A DNA stretch of 64,000 nucleotides from Epithemia pelagica (lineage: Eukaryota; Protista; Bacillariophyta), in assembly GCA_946965045.2 (NCBI GenBank), contig OX337238.1, positions 2,914,001-2,978,000 on the forward strand, written 5' to 3'. Position 1 is the first letter of the stretch. Every line of letters begins with the position of its first letter. Below the pieces are notes generated by a model. The model saw only the letters and a program-made list of their open reading frames with translations, ran no database searches and was not told where the DNA came from. The position numbers and the translations under genes were made by a program. This document shows, piece after piece, positions 59,520 through 64,000 of this stretch.

Positions 59520-60728
59520 ATGACGACGACGCTGATGCATCAGCAAGCAAAACAATCTGGTCTTTGCTTTCTGAACACAAATAGTGAGGCGTCACATTGG
59601 AATGTCAATGACTGGCCTCGTCTTTTAGGTGGGTGGCGTGCGTATCATGCTTCAGTCATGCTCGACCATCCCCAACAAGATGACGAAACCCAGACGGTTG
59701 TTGTTTTGGGAGGATACAAACAAAATCAAGGCTACACCAACTCAGTGTTGTTGTTGAGGTTAGCAAAAGAAAACTTGCAATGGCGGGAAGGACCGCCGTT
59801 CATCAGCAACCGAGCCTATCATGCTGCGGTGGTTTGTAACGGAGGAGTTTACGTGATAGGAGGACACAATGGAAGATCATGTTTGGAAAGTATCGAACGG
59901 ATTGATGTTCAAAATTTGTGTTCCGAATCCATGGAAAGTTCTACCAGCAACCAATGGACGACCCTGACTTGTCGATTGTCTACGGCAAGAGATGAATGTT
60001 CGGCTGTTGCCGTGCACAATCGCTATATTGTTGTGATTGGTGGATACGACCGAGACCCTTTGTCGACGGTTGATATAATCGATACAGGTATCGCATGCAA
60101 CCACACTGTGATTGTGGGACCACCCATGACAGTTCCTCGGTATAGTTGTGCCAGTGCTGTCATTGGTAATCGTATTTTGGTTGTTGGAGGCTACATTAGG
60201 CACAATGCAGAAGTGCTCCAATCAGTAGAGTATTTGGAGATTCATGATCCTTCAGGCATCGAGACAATGAACACAGCAAGTGCAGTGTTTCCATTCTCAT
60301 GCCGTTGGACACGTCATGACCAAATTAATCTTTCCATCAAACGGTGGTTTCATGCAGTTGTAGCTGTTGGATCATGCCTGATTGTTATGGGAGGTTCCTT
60401 AGCCGTGGACGCTGTTGAAGTCTTGGACACTCGACGGAACACTGTGTGGACCTTTCCCCAATTAACAGGGTCACGTTATTCATGCAGTGCTGTGGTTCAC
60501 TCGAGGGGAATAGCTGTGATAAGTGGAGATGAAAATCCTTCATGTGCGACACTTTCTTTGATTGACAAGAATACGTGGTGTTTTCGTCGGCTCATTGAGC
60601 ATGTGCCACGTACAATCTTTGGGACCAGAACAGACTCACTGCGATCTACTCAAGGGTGTAATACAGTATTGAAAGAGTTTGATGAACGCCCTAATACGAA
60701 GTTATCGAATGGGAAATCTCAGACGTAA
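59520..60728 (+). CDS. Kelch-repeat protein K13
   Basis: ORF 59469..60728 with the homologous ATG at 59520 and six blades. Confidence 0.9.
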   Translation: MTTTLMHQQAKQSGLCFLNTNSEASHWNVNDWPRLLGGWRAYHASVMLDHPQQDDETQTVVVLGGYKQNQGYTNSVLLLRLAKENLQWREGPPFISNRAYHAAVVCNGGVYVIGGHNGRSCLESIERIDVQNLCSESMESSTSNQWTTLTCRLSTARDECSAVAVHNRYIVVIGGYDRDPLSTVDIIDTGIACNHTVIVGPPMTVPRYSCASAVIGNRILVVGGYIRHNAEVLQSVEYLEIHDPSGIETMNTASAVFPFSCRWTRHDQINLSIKRWFHAVVAVGSCLIVMGGSLAVDAVEVLDTRRNTVWTFPQLTGSRYSCSAVVHSRGIAVISGDENPSCATLSLIDKNTWCFRRLIEHVPRTIFGTRTDSLRSTQGCNTVLKEFDERPNTKLSNGKSQT

Positions 60729-60894
60729 AAAGTGGTAATTGAGAAAAATAAATCTTAGGACTAAAACGCAGTCATGAGAATGATTACTGTGAATCGAAGT
60801 GCTTGCTGTTGTTCCTGAGAACTATATGCGTTAACAAACATGCTGGGAGAAATGCAGATCACGTTGTGTAACATAAACGAACGACAGCAACTAG

Positions 60895-62780
60895 AAGTCA
60901 CCTTAAGCAGGTAATCACTTGTTGTTGTTGGTACGATCTTTTGTAGCACAAGAAACGATCCATGTGGGCTGGTCATAGCACAAGCGGAAGAAAAAACAGT
61001 AGGTCTGCTCTTGGGTAGAACATCCTCTAAAATGGTCCACAATTCGTAAAACAGGCACTGGCAAACTGTCACATAGAATCCATGCCCCAAGGGTGTTTGA
61101 TCCAAAGAAGAATCGTGATATGGCAAAAGTCGTACCATGCGTAGTCCTTCATATCATTGGGTTCATGTTCTGTACTTTGTACTCGTCCTCACGGCGGATG
61201 CAATTATGGGAGAGACAATGTGGTTGGTGTTTTGACAGAGTTGATCGACACGGCGTGTCTGTTGCAAAATCTCCTCGTGAAATCACGATTCCAAAGAATG
61301 GGGCTCCGAAACGTCGTCCTGGAGAGAATCCTTGTCGTGTTGTTGTTGGAGTGAAACTGTCGATTCAGCATTGCTCATAATTGGAGTATCTGGAAGAGGA
61401 GTTTTCTTCCATAATGACAGTAACGCCTGATTTACCAAACTCGCCGCACTTTGGTCCTTCACCGTGGCATCCTTGGAAGCGACGTCTTGTTCCAGATCCA
61501 CGTCCCAGATGGTGTTGTGTACCGTGTCTCCGGCTTCCGACGACGACAAGACGAGAGACGGAGGAGACTCCAAGACCATGCATGCTTCTTCATCATCAAA
61601 GACCATGCATTCTTCATCATCCTCTTCTTGTTCGATAGTGTTGTCGTTTGGGCGACAAGGGGACGAAACAGACACTGCGGGAGAAATGGGATTCCAGACA
61701 TTGGTCAACCACAATAAGGGCCTTCCCACAAGATCACTATCATCGTGAGCTGCAGCATCCTTTCCACGACGACGACAAGTATGGTGGTCCCCAAATGGAG
61801 GATGCAACTTCGAATCGTCCTCCTTCTTGTGGATCCGGGCCGACGACAACAACGGTACGTTCGTTTTCATTGCATGCGTCGTACCATCATCACCACTACT
61901 ACAACTATCATTGCTGCTGCTGCTGCTGCCGCAAGTCCACCGAATGGATTCAGGTGCCGCCAAGACCGTTGATGACAAGGACGACAACTAGGAGGAATAC
62001 GAATCCAATCGTTGGTGGTTTCGAGTGATGGACGACGACAAGACGGTTGCTACGTTGGGAACAATCGTTGGTGTCACGTGATTGTCGTTGATGTTGTTTG
62101 GAGGGTCTTGCAGTTGAAGTGGTGGTGGTGGTGCAAGAGACCCACTGTCAACTGCACCATCATTACCCCACTCTGGCCGAACGTGACTCAGCTCCTGGTC
62201 CAGGTGGTTGTTGTCCTCTCGAACCTAGGAGTGCGTTTTTTGCTTGTCCACTCTTATTGCGGGTAACACGATCATCTTTCGTAGTAGTTTGTCTTATTGA
62301 TGGTTTGAGAAGAAAGGGGATACCGGGGCATTGCAATGGGTGGTGGTTTGTACCCTTTTCATCAAGTCCAAGGCTTTGTCTTGTTCTTGTTTCGTCGTTC
62401 GACACAAGCGATCGACCTGGACTTGCTGTTGACGTGCCGTCATGTTTCTTCTTCCTGTCTTGGGTGATGGTGCTTCGTTTTTCGGTAGGAGTTCTTCTTC
62501 TTTTAGTGGTTGTCCGTTCGGGCGGAGATGGGTCGTGAAATTGAGGAGAATGCTTTGCCGTTTGCTTGCTTCTTTGTTGTTGTGTACTACGACTTTGTAT
62601 GGTTCATGATGGTCCTCTCTCTCTCTCTCTCTGTCCTCGTCGTCCTCCTTCGTCTTGTTACCAATGAGGAGCGTGTGTTGTCTTGAAAGTTGGGGAAGGA
62701 GAACCCTTTGCCTGTTATAGTCCGTACAACAGTCGTACACTCCTTCATATGTGATAGCCCCAGACTCCAAGGACTTCACC
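60895..62780 (-). pseudogene. X-family subtype A copy, disrupted
   Basis: ORF fragments 60761..61138, 61283..61987 and 62294..62779 carry X motifs. Confidence 0.6.
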
Positions 62781-62983
62781 CAAACGTGAAGTCTGTTGTT
62801 TGGGGATATCTTTAATTGTTACTACAACTTTCTTGTTCTTTCCGGAACCAATGTCATTATTTGATGGTCTCTCTTTTTTCGTCCTCGTCTCTTTTCGACG
62901 CCCTTTTACAGTTCGCATCGCAGTCCTACACCCTACACTAACTCCTGTACTCTGTACTACTTCTATCTCATTGGAATTGGAAG

Positions 62984-63568
62984 TAGTGTTGGGGGCAAGG
63001 TCTGGACGAGGGGGTCACGGGTCACGGGTCACGCTGAGTTAAGGGGTCACAAAAAATGACCCCCGGCATGCTCCTACGTGACCCTTTCGGCACCTCATGC
63101 AACATCAACACGTTAAGGACTTAGTAACATGTCTACAAGAAAAATGGACTCCTCTTCTTCTTCATTGGGACCAATAGTAGCTGTAGCATGTGCACTCCTG
63201 GGGTTCCACTTGATCCAGCAACCTCTCTATCCATTATCTCCTTCAAGACTGACAAGTCGAACATTTGGCGAACGAATGGCTGGTTATTACCTATTATTGG
63301 AAGAGGAAGTGGTGGTCCCTCGACTTGTGTTCTAGGTAGACTTGATTCTCATTCAAGAGAGGCTCCAGTGGATCATCACTGTCATGTTCTGTTACTGTCT
63401 GTCGAACTCGACCTCAAAGTCAACATCATCAACATAAATGGTCGCTTAACAGTCGCTTTTAATCGTTCGGCATGCCCCGTCTATATTTTGCAATGACGGG
63501 CACAGGGTCACGGGTCATGGGGGCATGCACCTTTTCGGCATGCCCCATGCCGAATGCCCACAACACTA
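62984..63568. mobile_element. Non-autonomous hAT-type DNA transposon (585 bp)
   Basis: Terminal inverted repeats TAGTGTTGGGGGCA / TGCCCACAACACTA (1 mismatch), an 8-bp duplication ATTGGAAG at 62976-62983 and 63569-63576, and subterminal GGGTCAC repeats. The empty site is at about 49148-49160. Confidence 0.8.
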
Positions 63569-64000
63569 ATTGGAAGGCATCCGAGTCCCGAGTCCGAATT
63601 ACTATACTCGATTCCGATCCCGTCTGAGACGCCCGCGACTCGACATAAAAAATGAATCCCTGTCTGTCCGAGTCACGGATGTCACGGGCCAACAAAAAAA
63701 AGAGGCATTGTTATTTTCTCTGCTTTGGCCTGGTAGTCGCACTAAAGATCCACCATCCTTTTGTGTTGGCAGAATCACCATGACGACCTACGGACAAAAC
63801 GACGGCCCACACACATTCGCACACGTTTCCAGTGTGTTTGTTGTGTCAAGAATGATGATGATGATCGAGTGATGGCGGAAATCCTCCAGACACACTCACT
63901 CACTCCGATGAACAGCACTCTCCAAACGGCATGACGGATGATTTGCGCAGAGAATGGTTCCTTTTTTGGGAGGATGATGCCAGCCACGAAAGTCTCATCC

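Overview
Eukaryotic, microsatellite-rich DNA, probably from a diatom (inferred from the LINE type and sequence style, not proven). The whole window is a tandem array of two alternating intronless gene families. (1) There are 13 plus-strand copies (K1-K13) of a stand-alone six-bladed Kelch beta-propeller gene of about 400 aa with no BTB or F-box; four are broken inside the propeller. (2) About 9 minus-strand copies of an uncharacterised, largely disordered protein ('X', about 835 aa in the only uninterrupted copy, 35375-37882) sit tail-to-tail with a Kelch gene and head-to-head with the next one. The Kelch copies vary mostly in the propeller top-face loops and are clearly mosaic, with gene-conversion patches and one unequal-crossover chimera. 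One copy of the divergent spacer holds three stacked insertions within about 22 bp: a 61-bp LINE 3' stub, a full-length 8.4-kb APE-RT-RNaseH non-LTR retrotransposon (Ambal-like) sharing the same 16-17 bp target duplication, and a 285-bp solo LTR. A 585-bp hAT-type non-autonomous element lies near the right end, and a ~430-bp (TAC)n expansion lies inside one X copy. No rRNA, tRNA or CRISPR array was recognised. All comparisons were made by eye, and some lesions could be assembly errors in this repetitive locus.
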